A DNA stretch of 64,000 bases from an uncultured Clostridia bacterium (GTDB taxonomy: Bacteria > Bacillota > Clostridia > TANB77 > CAG-508), in contig CALXET010000003.1 of NCBI GenBank assembly GCA_944387405.1, forward strand, positions 143,758 to 207,757. Reading direction: 5' to 3'. This document shows, piece after piece, positions 18,496 through 29,177 of the stretch. How positions within the stretch are numbered: position 1 is the stretch's first letter; each line of letters opens with the position of its first letter. Under the pieces are notes generated by a model. It saw only the letters and a list, made by a program, of their open reading frames with translations. It was not told the DNA's origin and ran no database searches. Both the position numbers and the translations under genes were made by a program.

Positions 18496-20883
18496 TTACT
18501 TATATTTTTCTATTTTCTCAATAATTCCATATTTATTTACTATAATTATAATTTCACCATCTAAATCTGTCCTATATATTTTACTTTTTAACTTTTTTAA
18601 CCTTTCTAAAACAGAACTACTTGGATGTCCATAATTATTGTTTTTTCCTACTCCAATTAATGATATTTTAGGAGATACTAAATCTATTAATTTCTGTATA
18701 GACGAAGTATCTGCACCATGATGAGCTACTTTTAATACAGTAGACTTAAAAGTACCTTTCGAACTTTTATATTTATCAATTATTGCATTTTCTGCTTCAT
18801 ACTCTATATCTCCTGTAAATAACATACTAAATTTTTCATAATTTAATTTAAATACTAATGCATTATTATTAATACTATTTTCTAAAACTTTATTTTCTTT
18901 ATCTGGCCATAATACATCAATATATGTTTCTTCATCAAGTAAAATCCTATCCCCTGCATCTAGTAATATTAATTCTATATTATTTTCTTTTATTTTTTCC
19001 ACTAGAGAAATCAAATTATTACTCTTTTCAAATTGAATTGGTAATATTATTTTATCTACTTTGATATAATCTAATAAAGTTATAATTCCTCCTACATGAT
19101 CATAATCTAGATGAGAAATAATTATATAATCTAGTTTTTTTATTTTTCTTTTTAAAAAATATGGTTTTAATATTTTTTCTCCAATGTCATAGTTTTCATT
19201 TCCTCCGCCATCTATTAAAATTTTTTTAGAATTTTTTGTTTTAATAAATGTACAATCTCCTTGTCCTACGTCTATAAAAGAAATCTCCATTTTATTTTGA
19301 ACGAATAATATATTTTTACAATGGAAAAACATATAAATAAAACAAGGAATAAATATGGATAATATAATTATTTTAGAAAGATTTTTATTTATGCATGTTA
19401 AAAAATATTTTTTTATTTCTTCTATTTTAGATATTAACTGTTTTTTTGAATATTTACTTAAAATAATATAAAATGCTAAAATTCCAAGATAAAAAATAAA
19501 AATTTCTAAAAGATTAAAACTAGAAATTGTAATAGATGATAATGGTATTTTCGAACAAAATAGTGCTATATAATCTACAAGATATAAAATTAATTCTATA
19601 GAAAAATTTAAAAGAAAGAAATTTGGAAAAATCAAATATATTATTCCTAAAATCTCCAATAAAATAACTAGTGGTCCTATAAGTAAATTTGGTATTATAT
19701 ATGTAAAAGAAATAGTATTCATGCTGTAACTCATAATTGGAATAATCATAATATTAGCACTTATACTAATTATTACTGAGATTTTAATATACTCTTTAAT
19801 TTTATATATAATATTTTTTCCTTTAATTTTTGAAAACATTTTTTCTATATTTGAAGAAAACATAATTATTCCCATAGTAGTAAGATATGATAATAAAAAT
19901 CCCATATCAAATATAAAATATGGATTAATAATTAATAAAATAACTCCTGAGAGCAATAAATTGTTTAATACATCACTCTTTCTATAAAAAAGTTTACTAA
20001 GTAATAATAATATTCCCATAATAACAGCTCTTGCTACCGATGCTGAAAATCCTATTATATATAAAAACATTATCAATATTATAATTAAAATTATTTTCTT
20101 AAACTTATAATTATTTATAAACTTATCAATTATGACTCCGACAAAAACTATTATAAATGATACATGTGTTCCTGAAACTGCAAGAATATGAGATATATTA
20201 CTTTTATTAAAATTTTCTACTACTTCATCTTCTATTAAATCTGTATTTCCAATCAATATGCCAATCATAATTCCCGGATGAACTCTAATATTCTTTGTAA
20301 CTCTGTCTATAACAAAATCTATAATCTTATATCTATATAAGATTAACTTGTTATACTCTTTTTCTATAATTTTAATATCTTGACTTTTTTCTATATTAAT
20401 ACTTCCATATATATTTTTCCTTTTCATATAATCTTCATAATTAAATATTTTAAAATTATTATATGATGATATAGTATCTAATTTTCCCAAAATGCATACA
20501 TAATCTCCTGGAAATATGTCAAGAATCTCATTTTTGTTTATGTAACTATTAAACTTTACATTTTTATCTTTGAAATTAATAATATTATCTTTATCAATTA
20601 CTATATAATCTACTCTAATTTCAAATGATGCTTTAAATTCTGATGTAGTAATATTACTTACAACTTCTCCATAAAAAAATATATTCTGATAATCTTTTTC
20701 TACTATATTTTCAATATTTGCTTTTAAAATAGATTTACTATTTTCTATCATAAAAAAATATATATTACTAATCATTATAATTATCAGAAAAAAAATTACG
20801 CCTTTAAATAAATAAGATCTTATATTCTTTTTAATATTTACTATAATTATTAAGATTATGATTAATATAATAATTAAATTCAC
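18496..20883 (-). CDS. comEC: DNA internalization-related competence protein ComEC/Rec2 (competence domain plus C-terminal metallo-beta-lactamase domain)
   Basis: 795 aa. There are many TM helices. The C-terminal MBL motif is HLDYDHVGG ... VAHHGADTSS. The true start may be internal, because a terminator hairpin lies only 13 nt upstream of the annotated start. Confidence 0.85.
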   Translation of the reverse strand: MNLIIILIIILIIIVNIKKNIRSYLFKGVIFFLIIIMISNIYFFMIENSKSILKANIENIVEKDYQNIFFYGEVVSNITTSEFKASFEIRVDYIVIDKDNIINFKDKNVKFNSYINKNEILDIFPGDYVCILGKLDTISSYNNFKIFNYEDYMKRKNIYGSINIEKSQDIKIIEKEYNKLILYRYKIIDFVIDRVTKNIRVHPGIMIGILIGNTDLIEDEVVENFNKSNISHILAVSGTHVSFIIVFVGVIIDKFINNYKFKKIILIIILIMFLYIIGFSASVARAVIMGILLLLSKLFYRKSDVLNNLLLSGVILLIINPYFIFDMGFLLSYLTTMGIIMFSSNIEKMFSKIKGKNIIYKIKEYIKISVIISISANIMIIPIMSYSMNTISFTYIIPNLLIGPLVILLEILGIIYLIFPNFFLLNFSIELILYLVDYIALFCSKIPLSSITISSFNLLEIFIFYLGILAFYIILSKYSKKQLISKIEEIKKYFLTCINKNLSKIIILSIFIPCFIYMFFHCKNILFVQNKMEISFIDVGQGDCTFIKTKNSKKILIDGGGNENYDIGEKILKPYFLKRKIKKLDYIIISHLDYDHVGGIITLLDYIKVDKIILPIQFEKSNNLISLVEKIKENNIELILLDAGDRILLDEETYIDVLWPDKENKVLENSINNNALVFKLNYEKFSMLFTGDIEYEAENAIIDKYKSSKGTFKSTVLKVAHHGADTSSIQKLIDLVSPKISLIGVGKNNNYGHPSSSVLERLKKLKSKIYRTDLDGEIIIIVNKYGIIEKIEKYK

Positions 20884-20895
20884 TGCAACAAAAAA

Positions 20896-20918
20896 GACTA
20901 TACTTTTAAAGTATAGTC
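20896..20918 (-). terminator. Intrinsic terminator of the upstream P60 gene (gactatactttt / aaagtatagtc, then a T-run on the minus strand)
   Basis: An 11-bp perfect inverted repeat. The run A6 on the plus strand at 20890-20895 gives a U-run on the minus-strand transcript. Confidence 0.5.
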
Positions 20919-20982
20919 CAATAATAATCCCAATAATAAATCCCGTCGCTAAAATTTCTATATTTTTAATATTTATCTACTC

Positions 20983-22293
20983 CTATTTTATTATTCTTCT
21001 TGCTTCTTTATAATTTCTTACATAGTAGCTATCAGATAAACTTGTTATCTTAACTCCATCTGATGGATTTGATGCATGTATAAATTTATTATCTCCAATA
21101 TATATTCCAACATGTCCTGTAAATATTAATAAATCTCCAACCTTCAAATTAGATTTCTTAACATATGTTCCATTATTTGCTTGTGCTGATGAAGATCTAT
21201 TTAATTTATATCCAAAATGTCCATATACATATTTAGTAAATCCAGAACAGTCAAATCCAGTCTTTGGAGAAGATCCTCCACTTACATATTTATAACCTAA
21301 ATATTTTTTTGCATATGCAACTAATTCTTTTCTCTTTTTATCTGCTGAAGAAGATGATGATGAACTTGTTTCTTTTTTAGTAGTATCTTCTTTTTTTTCT
21401 TCTTTAGAAGACTCTTTTTTATCTTCCTCTTCTAATTTATTTAAATCTACTATTTCAATTTTTCTTGATCCAGATCTAGAAGTTCCTTTGACATCATCTA
21501 ATGTAACTAATGATTTTAATACATATCCTTCTAAATCATCTGATGTTTTTACCTTATACCACCCATTTTCCTCTTCTAATACTGTAAAAACTTCATTTTC
21601 TGCTAAACCACCTATTGATTTATACTCAGTACTTGGTCCTTCTCTTAAATTAGCAGCACTTGCAGATAAATATGCTGTTTTATTAATTTCTTTAGTTGAA
21701 GATTCTTCTTTGCTATCTTCTTCTGTATTATTAGTAGATTCTAATAATTTATAATTTGGCATCCAACCTGATAAATTTTTATAAGTAATATATGACCAAT
21801 TAGATATTGTTTTCTCAACTTTTATTTTTGTGTTACTTTTTATTTGGCCTATCTGTGAAGATGATAATGTAGGCATTAAATATAAATTAGAATCTGAATT
21901 TACTGTATCTCCTATTTTAGTATCTTCTTCTGTATCTGTTTGCTCGCTTTTTTCTTCATCTTCATTATTGTTATCCACATTTTCTTCACTTTCTGTAGTC
22001 TTGTTTTCAGAAGTATCATTCTCTTCTTCAGTATTCTCAACTTCTACATAATCTTTATGAATATATCCGTCTTTATCATCATAACTTACTTTGTAAAAAT
22101 CTCCTTCTTCGGAAATTACTTCTACTTCTGTATTTTTGGATACTGTTTCTATTATAGATGAATCTGTACTTGCTTCTTCTCTTATACGTACTGAATTTCC
22201 AGTAACTTTTCCTGTTGCTGCAAAAACTGTTGAAGTACTAATTGCGCATGTCATAGCAGCTCCTAATAAAGTTATAGCTATTTTTTTATTCAT
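20983..22293 (-). CDS. Secreted cell-wall hydrolase with three SH3b domains and a C-terminal NlpC/P60 endopeptidase domain
   Basis: 436 aa. The signal peptide is MNKKIAITLLGAAMTCAISTSTVFA. There are three repeats of the SH3_3 pattern (G.V....NLREGPST...G...E.FTV.EE.NGWYKV). The C-terminal catalytic Cys context is TGFDCSGFTKYVY and the His context is HVGIYIGDNKFIHA. Confidence 0.85.
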   Translation of the reverse strand: MNKKIAITLLGAAMTCAISTSTVFAATGKVTGNSVRIREEASTDSSIIETVSKNTEVEVISEEGDFYKVSYDDKDGYIHKDYVEVENTEEENDTSENKTTESEENVDNNNEDEEKSEQTDTEEDTKIGDTVNSDSNLYLMPTLSSSQIGQIKSNTKIKVEKTISNWSYITYKNLSGWMPNYKLLESTNNTEEDSKEESSTKEINKTAYLSASAANLREGPSTEYKSIGGLAENEVFTVLEEENGWYKVKTSDDLEGYVLKSLVTLDDVKGTSRSGSRKIEIVDLNKLEEEDKKESSKEEKKEDTTKKETSSSSSSSADKKRKELVAYAKKYLGYKYVSGGSSPKTGFDCSGFTKYVYGHFGYKLNRSSSAQANNGTYVKKSNLKVGDLLIFTGHVGIYIGDNKFIHASNPSDGVKITSLSDSYYVRNYKEARRIIK

Positions 22294-22375
22294 ACTTTAT
22301 TAAAACCTCACTTTTTTATTAACAGATTTAGTATATATTATTTCTTATCTCTTTGTCAATCAGCATAAATCAAAA

Positions 22376-22420
22376 AACTCATAGCATTCTATCAAAATAC
22401 TATGAGTTTCTTCGTTTTTT
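22376..22420. terminator. Intrinsic terminator downstream of aspS (aactcatag ... ctatgagtt, then a T-run), bidirectional in appearance
   Basis: A 9-bp stem with a 15-nt loop is followed by TCTTCGTTTTTT. An A-run lies on the other side. Confidence 0.5.
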
Positions 22421-22432
22421 ATCATCTATTTA

Positions 22433-24223
22433 TTAATTTTCATATTCTTTAGAATCTTTTACATCTTCTAAATCAAGTTTAATATGAACATCTTTTAATT
22501 GTTCTTCTGTTACTTTAGAAGGAGCTCTCATTAATAAATCTCTTGCTTTCTTATTTTTTGGGAAGGCTATAACTTCTCTTATATTATCCTCTCCTGCAAT
22601 AAGCATTACAATTCTATCAATACCTGGAGCTGCTCCTGCATGTGGAGGTGTTCCATAACTAAATGCATTATATAAAGCACCAAATCTATTTTTTACATCT
22701 TCTTCTTTATATCCTGCAATCTCAAAAGCTCTAATCATAATTTCTTGATCATGGTTTCTAACAGCACCTGAAGCTATTTCATATCCATTACATACCAAAT
22801 CATATTGATATGCATATATATCTAATGGATCTTTAGTATTTAATGCTTCTAATCCTCCTTGAGGCATTGAAAATGGATTATGATTAAAATCTATTGTTCC
22901 TTCATCTGATAATTCATACATTGGAAAATCTACTATCCAACAGAATTTGAATATATCTTTTTCTATTAAGTCTAATCTTTTTCCAAGTTCTATTCTAACA
23001 TTTCCAGCTATTTTTTGAGCTTTTTCAAATTCATCTGCGACAAAGAATATAGCAGAATTTTTACTAGCACCTACAAGATTCATTAATTTATTTTTTTGTT
23101 CTTCTGTAATAAATTTAGAAATACCACCTGTCAAATTAGATTCTTCATCTACTTTAACCCATGCTAAACCTTTAGCTCCAAATTCTTCTACCGCATATTC
23201 AGACATTTGATCAAAGAACTTTCTTGGTCTATCTTGCATATTATCTGTTTTTATCACTTTGATTGTCTTTCCTTTAAAAGCATTAAATTCAGTATCTTTA
23301 AAAATCTCTGTAGCGTCTTCTATTACTAAAGGATTTCTCAAATCTGGTTTATCTGTACCGTACTTATCCATAGCTTCTTTAAATGGAATACGTACAAATG
23401 GAGCTTCAGTAATCTTTAATTTACTATTTTTCTTAAATACATTTGGTATTACCCTTTCTAGTACTTCAAAAACATCTTCTTGTGTCGCAAAAGACATCTC
23501 TAAATCTAATTGATAAAATTCTCCTGGTGATCTATCAGCTCTTGGATCCTCATCTCTAAAACAAGGTGCAATTTGATAATATTTATTAAATCCAGATATC
23601 ATTAATAATTGTTTAAATTGTTGTGGAGCCTGTGGAAGTGCATAAAATTCTCCTGGATGCAATCTACTTGGAACTAAAAAGTCTCTTGCTCCTTCTGGAG
23701 ATGAATTTGCTAAAATTGGTGTTTGTATTTCAGTAAACCCTTCTTTATCCATTTCATCTCTCATTGTTTTTAATATTCTAGATCTAAGTAAAATATTTTT
23801 ATGAATTTTATCATTTCTTAAATCTAAAAATCTATACTCTAATCTTAAATCTTCTCTTACAGAACCTTCATTTTGCTTTTGATTTATCTCAAAAGGTAAT
23901 ACATTTCTACATTTTCCAAGTACTCTTACATCAGAAGCAATAATCTCTATATCTCCTGTTGGAATTTCTTTATTTTTACTACTTCTTTCTGATACTTTCC
24001 CAGAAAAAGAAACTGCACATTCTGTTGTAAGATCTTTAGTTTTCTTATCCATTTCTTCATTATCAGAAATAATAATTTGTGTAATTCCGAATTCATCTCT
24101 TAGATCAATAAATTTCATTTTTCCTAAATTTCTAATTTTTTGTACCCATCCTGCAAGTCTTACTTCTTGTCCTACATTTTCAATTCTTAATTCACCGCAA
24201 TTATGTGTTCTGTATTCGTTCAT
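22433..24223 (-). CDS. aspS: Aspartate--tRNA ligase
   Basis: 596 aa. Class II aaRS motifs are present: FRDEDPRADRSPGEFYQLDLEMSF, GGLEALN...GxGIDR and the C-terminal GAAPGIDRIVMLIAGE. There is an N-terminal OB-fold anticodon-binding domain. Confidence 0.95.
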   Translation of the reverse strand: MNEYRTHNCGELRIENVGQEVRLAGWVQKIRNLGKMKFIDLRDEFGITQIIISDNEEMDKKTKDLTTECAVSFSGKVSERSSKNKEIPTGDIEIIASDVRVLGKCRNVLPFEINQKQNEGSVREDLRLEYRFLDLRNDKIHKNILLRSRILKTMRDEMDKEGFTEIQTPILANSSPEGARDFLVPSRLHPGEFYALPQAPQQFKQLLMISGFNKYYQIAPCFRDEDPRADRSPGEFYQLDLEMSFATQEDVFEVLERVIPNVFKKNSKLKITEAPFVRIPFKEAMDKYGTDKPDLRNPLVIEDATEIFKDTEFNAFKGKTIKVIKTDNMQDRPRKFFDQMSEYAVEEFGAKGLAWVKVDEESNLTGGISKFITEEQKNKLMNLVGASKNSAIFFVADEFEKAQKIAGNVRIELGKRLDLIEKDIFKFCWIVDFPMYELSDEGTIDFNHNPFSMPQGGLEALNTKDPLDIYAYQYDLVCNGYEIASGAVRNHDQEIMIRAFEIAGYKEEDVKNRFGALYNAFSYGTPPHAGAAPGIDRIVMLIAGEDNIREVIAFPKNKKARDLLMRAPSKVTEEQLKDVHIKLDLEDVKDSKEYEN

Positions 24224-24412
24224 AAAAATTCCTCTTTTCCACTAAAATGTTGATTAAAATTATATACCAAAAACACTAATATATCAATACTTTTATAAAC
24301 TTATTAAAATTCATTTAATTATTTTATTAATTTTTTGTATTGTACATTATTTTTATTATTTGTTATAATATATTTGTAGTTTTACACATTTATTTAAAAG
24401 GAGGAGAACATT

Positions 24413-24985
24413 ATGAAGAACTACGAAATTGCTAATGAGGAAAGAGTTTTTAAGACACCGAGGATGGAAGGCGTAAAGCGGACTTTGAGAGCTGCTGACG
24501 GTGATGAGTTCACTCACACTATCATCAAATCTCAGCCCAGCGTGGCAATTATCGTCCGCAAGGATGGTAAGATTGCATTCATTCGCCAGCTCCGGAGCAC
24601 TACAAATCAGTATTACATTGAAATTCCGGCCGGACTTTTAAATGAGGGTGAAGACTCCATTCTGGACGCTGCAAAGCGTGAAGTCCGTGAGGAAACTGGT
24701 CTTATTGCTAAGAATGTCAAAATTCTGGTGCAGGGGCCGTCTCTGCTGGATCCGAGTAAGTCTGATGAGGACTTCGGAGTTGCAATTGCTGATGTCTGCG
24801 GTCATAAAAAACAGATTCTGGACGAGAACGAACGTATCGATTCTGAGCTGATTTGGCTGCCTGAAGACGAGGTCTTCTCCAGGCTCCGCCAGCAGATGAA
24901 CGAAGGCGTGCCGTTCTACGATGGACTGTTCCTTTCCGGGCACACCATGTACGCACTTCTTGCGTACAGCTTCCTGCGCAAATAA
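24413..24985 (+). CDS. Nudix hydrolase (ADP-ribose pyrophosphatase-like); the gene is strongly GC-rich relative to the genome
   Basis: 190 aa. The Nudix box is GLLNEGEDSILDAAKREVREETGL (G-x5-E-x7/8-REVxEExGL). The CDS is about 50% GC, against roughly 25% around it, by eye. The 5' UTR and RBS (AAAGGAGGAGAACATT-ATG) are native-looking and AT-rich. Confidence 0.8.
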   Translation: MKNYEIANEERVFKTPRMEGVKRTLRAADGDEFTHTIIKSQPSVAIIVRKDGKIAFIRQLRSTTNQYYIEIPAGLLNEGEDSILDAAKREVREETGLIAKNVKILVQGPSLLDPSKSDEDFGVAIADVCGHKKQILDENERIDSELIWLPEDEVFSRLRQQMNEGVPFYDGLFLSGHTMYALLAYSFLRK

Positions 24986-25009
24986 CGCGCTTACGGAAGT
25001 GGTCCTTTT

Positions 25010-25046
25010 CGAGGCTTGGGTCTTCCCGAGCCTCGCCATTTTTATT
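25010..25046 (+). terminator. GC-rich intrinsic terminator of the Nudix gene (cgaggcttgg-gtcttc-ccgagcctcg, then TTTTTATTTATT)
   Basis: A 10-bp stem with one G-U pair and a 6-nt loop, followed by a T-run. It has the same foreign (GC-rich) composition as the gene. Confidence 0.6.
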
Positions 25047-25116
25047 TATTATTTAATTATTCTTTATGTTTTTGGTTTTATAATTTTTAACATTTCTATA
25101 ATTTTGTTTTTATTAT

Positions 25117-25668
25117 TTATTTAATTTTTTCTAGGCACTCTATTAAACATTCTTTAGTAAATCTATTTAGTTCATTAAAATCTTCACTAGATTTATATTT
25201 TTTTATTATGTTATCCTTAACACAATATGCTAATTTATAATCTTCTTTCGTTATTTCTCCTCTATCTAAAGATTCTTTTAATTCATCCTCATCTAATATT
25301 ATAAAATTATTCTCTTTTGTTTGTACAACATCTAAATATAAATCTTCTGCATATGGCACATCTTCCATATATATTTTTCTTGCTATATCAAAATATGTTT
25401 CTACAAAATTATTATTTTCGTCAAATATTGCACTAACAACAACATTAGATTCTAAACCATATATTTGTAACCATCTATATCCATCTGCGTGCATACATTC
25501 TTCTCCGTCTTTTCTTGGAACATACCACTCTTTTTTTACCTTATCTGAAATAACAAGGTAAGCTATTATATTTTTTTCATTATAGTTTTTTTCTATTTTA
25601 GAACATCTCTTACTTATTATATTTTTATGATTTCTATAATCTGCATATTTTATTTTCATATTAATCAT
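25117..25668 (-). CDS. DUF402-like protein (possible Ntdp-type nucleoside tri/diphosphatase)
   Basis: 183 aa. The segments WYVPRKDGE...YGLESNVVVSAIFDENNNFVETYFDIA...YAEDLYLDVVQ...IILDEDEL resemble the DUF402 fold signature. This is a weak recognition. Confidence 0.35.
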   Translation of the reverse strand: MINMKIKYADYRNHKNIISKRCSKIEKNYNEKNIIAYLVISDKVKKEWYVPRKDGEECMHADGYRWLQIYGLESNVVVSAIFDENNNFVETYFDIARKIYMEDVPYAEDLYLDVVQTKENNFIILDEDELKESLDRGEITKEDYKLAYCVKDNIIKKYKSSEDFNELNRFTKECLIECLEKIK

Positions 25669-25785
25669 CTCTTTTTTATTTTTCAGTTATTAATTTTTAA
25701 ATTTTCTTTTTTATTTATTATTTAAAAAAAGTTAAAGCAAGTAATAATATTTATTACCTGCTTTAAAAATTAACTATAGAAATTA

Positions 25786-27393
25786 TTATTCAACTATTGT
25801 CATTATCATTCCAGCTTGATCTACATAATTATCTCCATCTTTAATAGAAAATCCATCTTCATATAAAGTCATTGATTCAGCATTATATAATTTTTGACCT
25901 TTTTCATCACATACGTATTTATCAAATCCTGTATCATTAGAATATGAAATAAAGAATCTTCCTTCACCTAGATATGTGCATTCTTCAGCACCTTTTATTG
26001 GATCAAATTGTTTATTTCCTTCTTTATCACATATTGTAACAAATTTTGTTCCACTATCATTTGAAGTTATGACTCCATAATAGCCTTCATCAGACATAGT
26101 TGTTAATGATTCAACATTTTCCTCTTTTATAGAAACTTGTTTTTTACCATTTACATCATAATATCCATAACTTATATCATAATCTCTAGTTTTATCATTG
26201 TATTTTCTAATTTTTACTGCTAATAAATCATTATTAAGTTTTCCATATACTGAATCTACATTTTTTACTATAGTTGTTGTTTTTCCTGATTCTTCGTTAA
26301 TTTTTACTAATTGATCATCATAATCTAATATTATTATACTATCATCATCTTCTGCTATTATTTCTTTAATCAATCCTTTAATTGTTACATTTTTAGCAAC
26401 ATCAACTAAATAAACTTTATCATATCCATCTGTAATTATGTTTTCACCAATACCTTCCGTCATTTTATTTAATTTTTCATTATCTGCAGATAATTTTAAA
26501 ATCCAATTTCCTTCAAAATCTATTATTCCATATTGAGTTTCTGCTTTATCATACTCATCTATTTTTTTACTTACAAGAGCACAATCAGCAAGAGCATCTT
26601 CAGAAATGATTTCATCAAAAGCTTCATTATTTTCATCAGTTGTTATTATTCTTCCTGTTTTATCTATAATTGCTTTTTTATAATTATTTTTTGTAATTAA
26701 AGCAAATCCTTCGTCTGAAAAGTCAGTAACTTGTTCATATTCTTCTGGTAATTTAAATACTACTTTTCCTTCTGTATTTATACATACCCACTGATTATTT
26801 AATTTGCTCCATGCCACATCATTTCTAAATTCTCTTTTATCAGTAGTAACAATTGTAGTAGGAGTAGATTCTGTTACAGTATTTTGTACAGAAACATTTT
26901 CTTCCATATTTCCAGAAATATCATTCATCGCTTCTTCTACGTCCTCTTCTAATTTGTCACTCTTTTCTTCATTTTCAAAATACTCTTCAATCTCTTCTCT
27001 AAATACTAGATAAAATCCTCCTGCTAAAAGAATTAATATTATGATTATGATTAAAAAAATCTTTAATTTTGATTTTTTCTTTTTTGGCTTTTCTGAACCT
27101 GATTCTTTTTTTACTTCTTCCTTCTTAGGAGTTTCTGAAATTGCTTCATCTTTTTTAGGTTCTTCTTTTACTTCTTTTTTTTCTTCTTTAGTTTCTTTTG
27201 GCTCTATTTTTTCATCTTCCTTAGATTCTTCTGTAGTTTCAACCTTATCATTATTTTCTTTAACATCTTCTGAAATATTTTCAACTTGTTTTTCTTCTTT
27301 AGGTTCATCTACTTGTTCTGATAATTTTGATCCACATTTTGTGCAAAACAAGCTGTTTTCTGGTACTTCTTCTCCACATTTTTTACACTTCAT
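25786..27393 (-). CDS. Membrane protein with an N-terminal zinc-ribbon, a Lys/Glu-rich linker, one TM helix and extracellular WG-like repeats
   Basis: 535 aa. The zinc ribbon is CKKCGEEVPENSLFCTKCG. The TM helix is IFLIIIIILILLAGGFYLVF. Repeated motifs include KAIIDKTGRI / YGIIDFEGNWILK / YDVNGKKQV. Confidence 0.4.
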   Translation of the reverse strand: MKCKKCGEEVPENSLFCTKCGSKLSEQVDEPKEEKQVENISEDVKENNDKVETTEESKEDEKIEPKETKEEKKEVKEEPKKDEAISETPKKEEVKKESGSEKPKKKKSKLKIFLIIIIILILLAGGFYLVFREEIEEYFENEEKSDKLEEDVEEAMNDISGNMEENVSVQNTVTESTPTTIVTTDKREFRNDVAWSKLNNQWVCINTEGKVVFKLPEEYEQVTDFSDEGFALITKNNYKKAIIDKTGRIITTDENNEAFDEIISEDALADCALVSKKIDEYDKAETQYGIIDFEGNWILKLSADNEKLNKMTEGIGENIITDGYDKVYLVDVAKNVTIKGLIKEIIAEDDDSIIILDYDDQLVKINEESGKTTTIVKNVDSVYGKLNNDLLAVKIRKYNDKTRDYDISYGYYDVNGKKQVSIKEENVESLTTMSDEGYYGVITSNDSGTKFVTICDKEGNKQFDPIKGAEECTYLGEGRFFISYSNDTGFDKYVCDEKGQKLYNAESMTLYEDGFSIKDGDNYVDQAGMIMTIVE

Positions 27394-27485
27394 ATCTCAT
27401 ATCTCCTTTATAAGATTTAAAATTTTAAAATATAATTTTTAATAATTATATAATAAAACTATATTAAATTCTACTACTCTAATAA

Positions 27486-29135
27486 TTATTTTATATTATT
27501 TTTATTCTTATTATATTCTTTACTTGCTTTTATAAAAGCTACAAATAAAGGAGCTGGTCTATCTGGTCTTGATTTAAATTCAGGATGAAATTGTCCTGCT
27601 ATAAAAAATGGATGTTTATTATATTCTACAATTTCTACTAATTCACCATCAGGTGATGTTCCTGAGCAGATTAATCCTTCTTTTTCAAACATTTCCTTAT
27701 AGTCATTGTTATATTCATATCTATGTCTATGTCTTTCTTCAATATTTTCTGTTTTATATATTTTATATGCTAATGAATTTTTCTTTATTTTGCAAGGATA
27801 TTTTCCAAGTCTCATTGTACCACCTTTTTTAGTAATTCCTTTTTGATTTTCCATTATATGAATTACAGGATGTCTTGTATTTTTATCAAATTCAGCAGAG
27901 GAAGCATCTTTTAAATTTAGTACATCCCTTGCAAATTCAATTACTGCAAGTTGCATTCCAAGACATATTCCTAGAAATGGAACATTATTTTCTCTTGCAT
28001 ATCTGATTGCTTCTATCTTACCTTCTATTCCCCTATTTCCAAATCCACCTGGAACTAAAATTCCATCATATTTTCCAAGTATTTCTTTTACATTATCTTT
28101 ATTAATTTTTCCAGAATCGACAAATCCAACTTTTACATTCACATTATTTGCAAATCCACCATGTTTTAAACTTTCTGCAACTGATAAATAAGAATCTTCA
28201 AGTTTCATATATTTTCCTACAATAGCAATATTTATCTCATCTTTAATCTTTCTAATCTTATTTATCATTGATTCCCATTTGTTATTATCTGGTTTTGTTT
28301 TTTTAAGCTTTAGCTTTCTGCATATTGCATCTCCTAATCCTTCTTTTTCTAACATTAATGGTACAGCATATAAATTATCTGCAGTTAAGTTTTGAATAAC
28401 ATCTTCTTTTCTAACATTACAAAATAATGCAAGTTTCTCTTTGATTTCCTCTGGAATTTTTTCATCAGATCTACAAACTAATATATCTGGTTTAATTCCC
28501 ATTGATTGTAAGTCTTTAACTGAATGTTGAGTTGGTTTAGATTTTATTTCTTTTGAACCTGAAATATAAGGAAGCAATGTTACATGTACATATGCAACAT
28601 CACCATCTTCTTTTTCAAGTCCTATTTGTCTAATAGCTTCAACTAAAGCTAATCCTTCAATATCTCCAATAGTTCCACCTAATTCAACTATTGAAATATC
28701 TATATCTGTTCCCTCTATTGAATATATATTCTCTTTAATTTCATTTGTTATATGTGGTATTACTTGAATTGTTTTTCCTAAATATTTTCCTTCTCTTTCT
28801 TTATTTATAACACTTTGATAAATTTGACCTGAACTAACTGATGATTTCTTGCTCAAATTTTCATCAATGAATCTTTCATAATGTCCCAAATCTAAATCTG
28901 TTTCTGCACCATCATCAGTAACAAATACCTCCCCATGCTCATAAGGGCTCATTGTTCCAGGATCTATATTTATATAAGGATCAAATTTTTGTATTGTTAC
29001 CTTATATCCCCTATTTTTTAGTAATCTTCCAAGTGATGCCGCAGTAATACCTTTTCCTAGCCCTGATACTACTCCACCAGTTACAAATACGTATTTTTTG
29101 TTCATATCGTAATACCTCTCTTTCTCCAAAAACAA
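27486..29135 (-). CDS. pyrG: CTP synthase
   Basis: 549 aa. The N-terminal synthetase domain starts [15 protein letters not shown]. The C-terminal glutamine amidotransferase has the catalytic triad contexts GICLGMQ and GQFHPEFKS. Confidence 0.95.
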   Translation of the reverse strand: MFLEKERYYDMNKKYVFVTGGVVSGLGKGITAASLGRLLKNRGYKVTIQKFDPYINIDPGTMSPYEHGEVFVTDDGAETDLDLGHYERFIDENLSKKSSVSSGQIYQSVINKEREGKYLGKTIQVIPHITNEIKENIYSIEGTDIDISIVELGGTIGDIEGLALVEAIRQIGLEKEDGDVAYVHVTLLPYISGSKEIKSKPTQHSVKDLQSMGIKPDILVCRSDEKIPEEIKEKLALFCNVRKEDVIQNLTADNLYAVPLMLEKEGLGDAICRKLKLKKTKPDNNKWESMINKIRKIKDEINIAIVGKYMKLEDSYLSVAESLKHGGFANNVNVKVGFVDSGKINKDNVKEILGKYDGILVPGGFGNRGIEGKIEAIRYARENNVPFLGICLGMQLAVIEFARDVLNLKDASSAEFDKNTRHPVIHIMENQKGITKKGGTMRLGKYPCKIKKNSLAYKIYKTENIEERHRHRYEYNNDYKEMFEKEGLICSGTSPDGELVEIVEYNKHPFFIAGQFHPEFKSRPDRPAPLFVAFIKASKEYNKNKNNIK

Positions 29136-29137
29136 AA

Positions 29138-29177
29138 AAACAGATTAAAAAAATTGGTTTTTTTTTTAATCTGTTTC
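29138..29177 (-). terminator. Hairpin plus U-run in the pyrG 5' leader; a candidate transcription attenuator (and/or terminator of the upstream gene)
   Basis: The minus-strand RNA reads aaacagattaaaaaaaaaaa-cca-atttttttaatctgttt followed by TTTTGTTTTTGG, then the RBS GGAGAAAGAGAGG, and then the pyrG ATG about 35 nt downstream. Confidence 0.4.

Noticed and set aside
24638-25124. Four ORFs of 60-133 aa on both strands inside and just after the Nudix gene (24638-25039-, 24717-24956-, 24642-24851+, 24921-25124+)
   Set aside because: They all lie within the GC-rich island, where stop codons are rare. The Nudix frame has a strong RBS and an intact Nudix box, while the others have no RBS and their products are Arg/Ala-rich low-complexity sequences typical of off-frame GC-rich translation.
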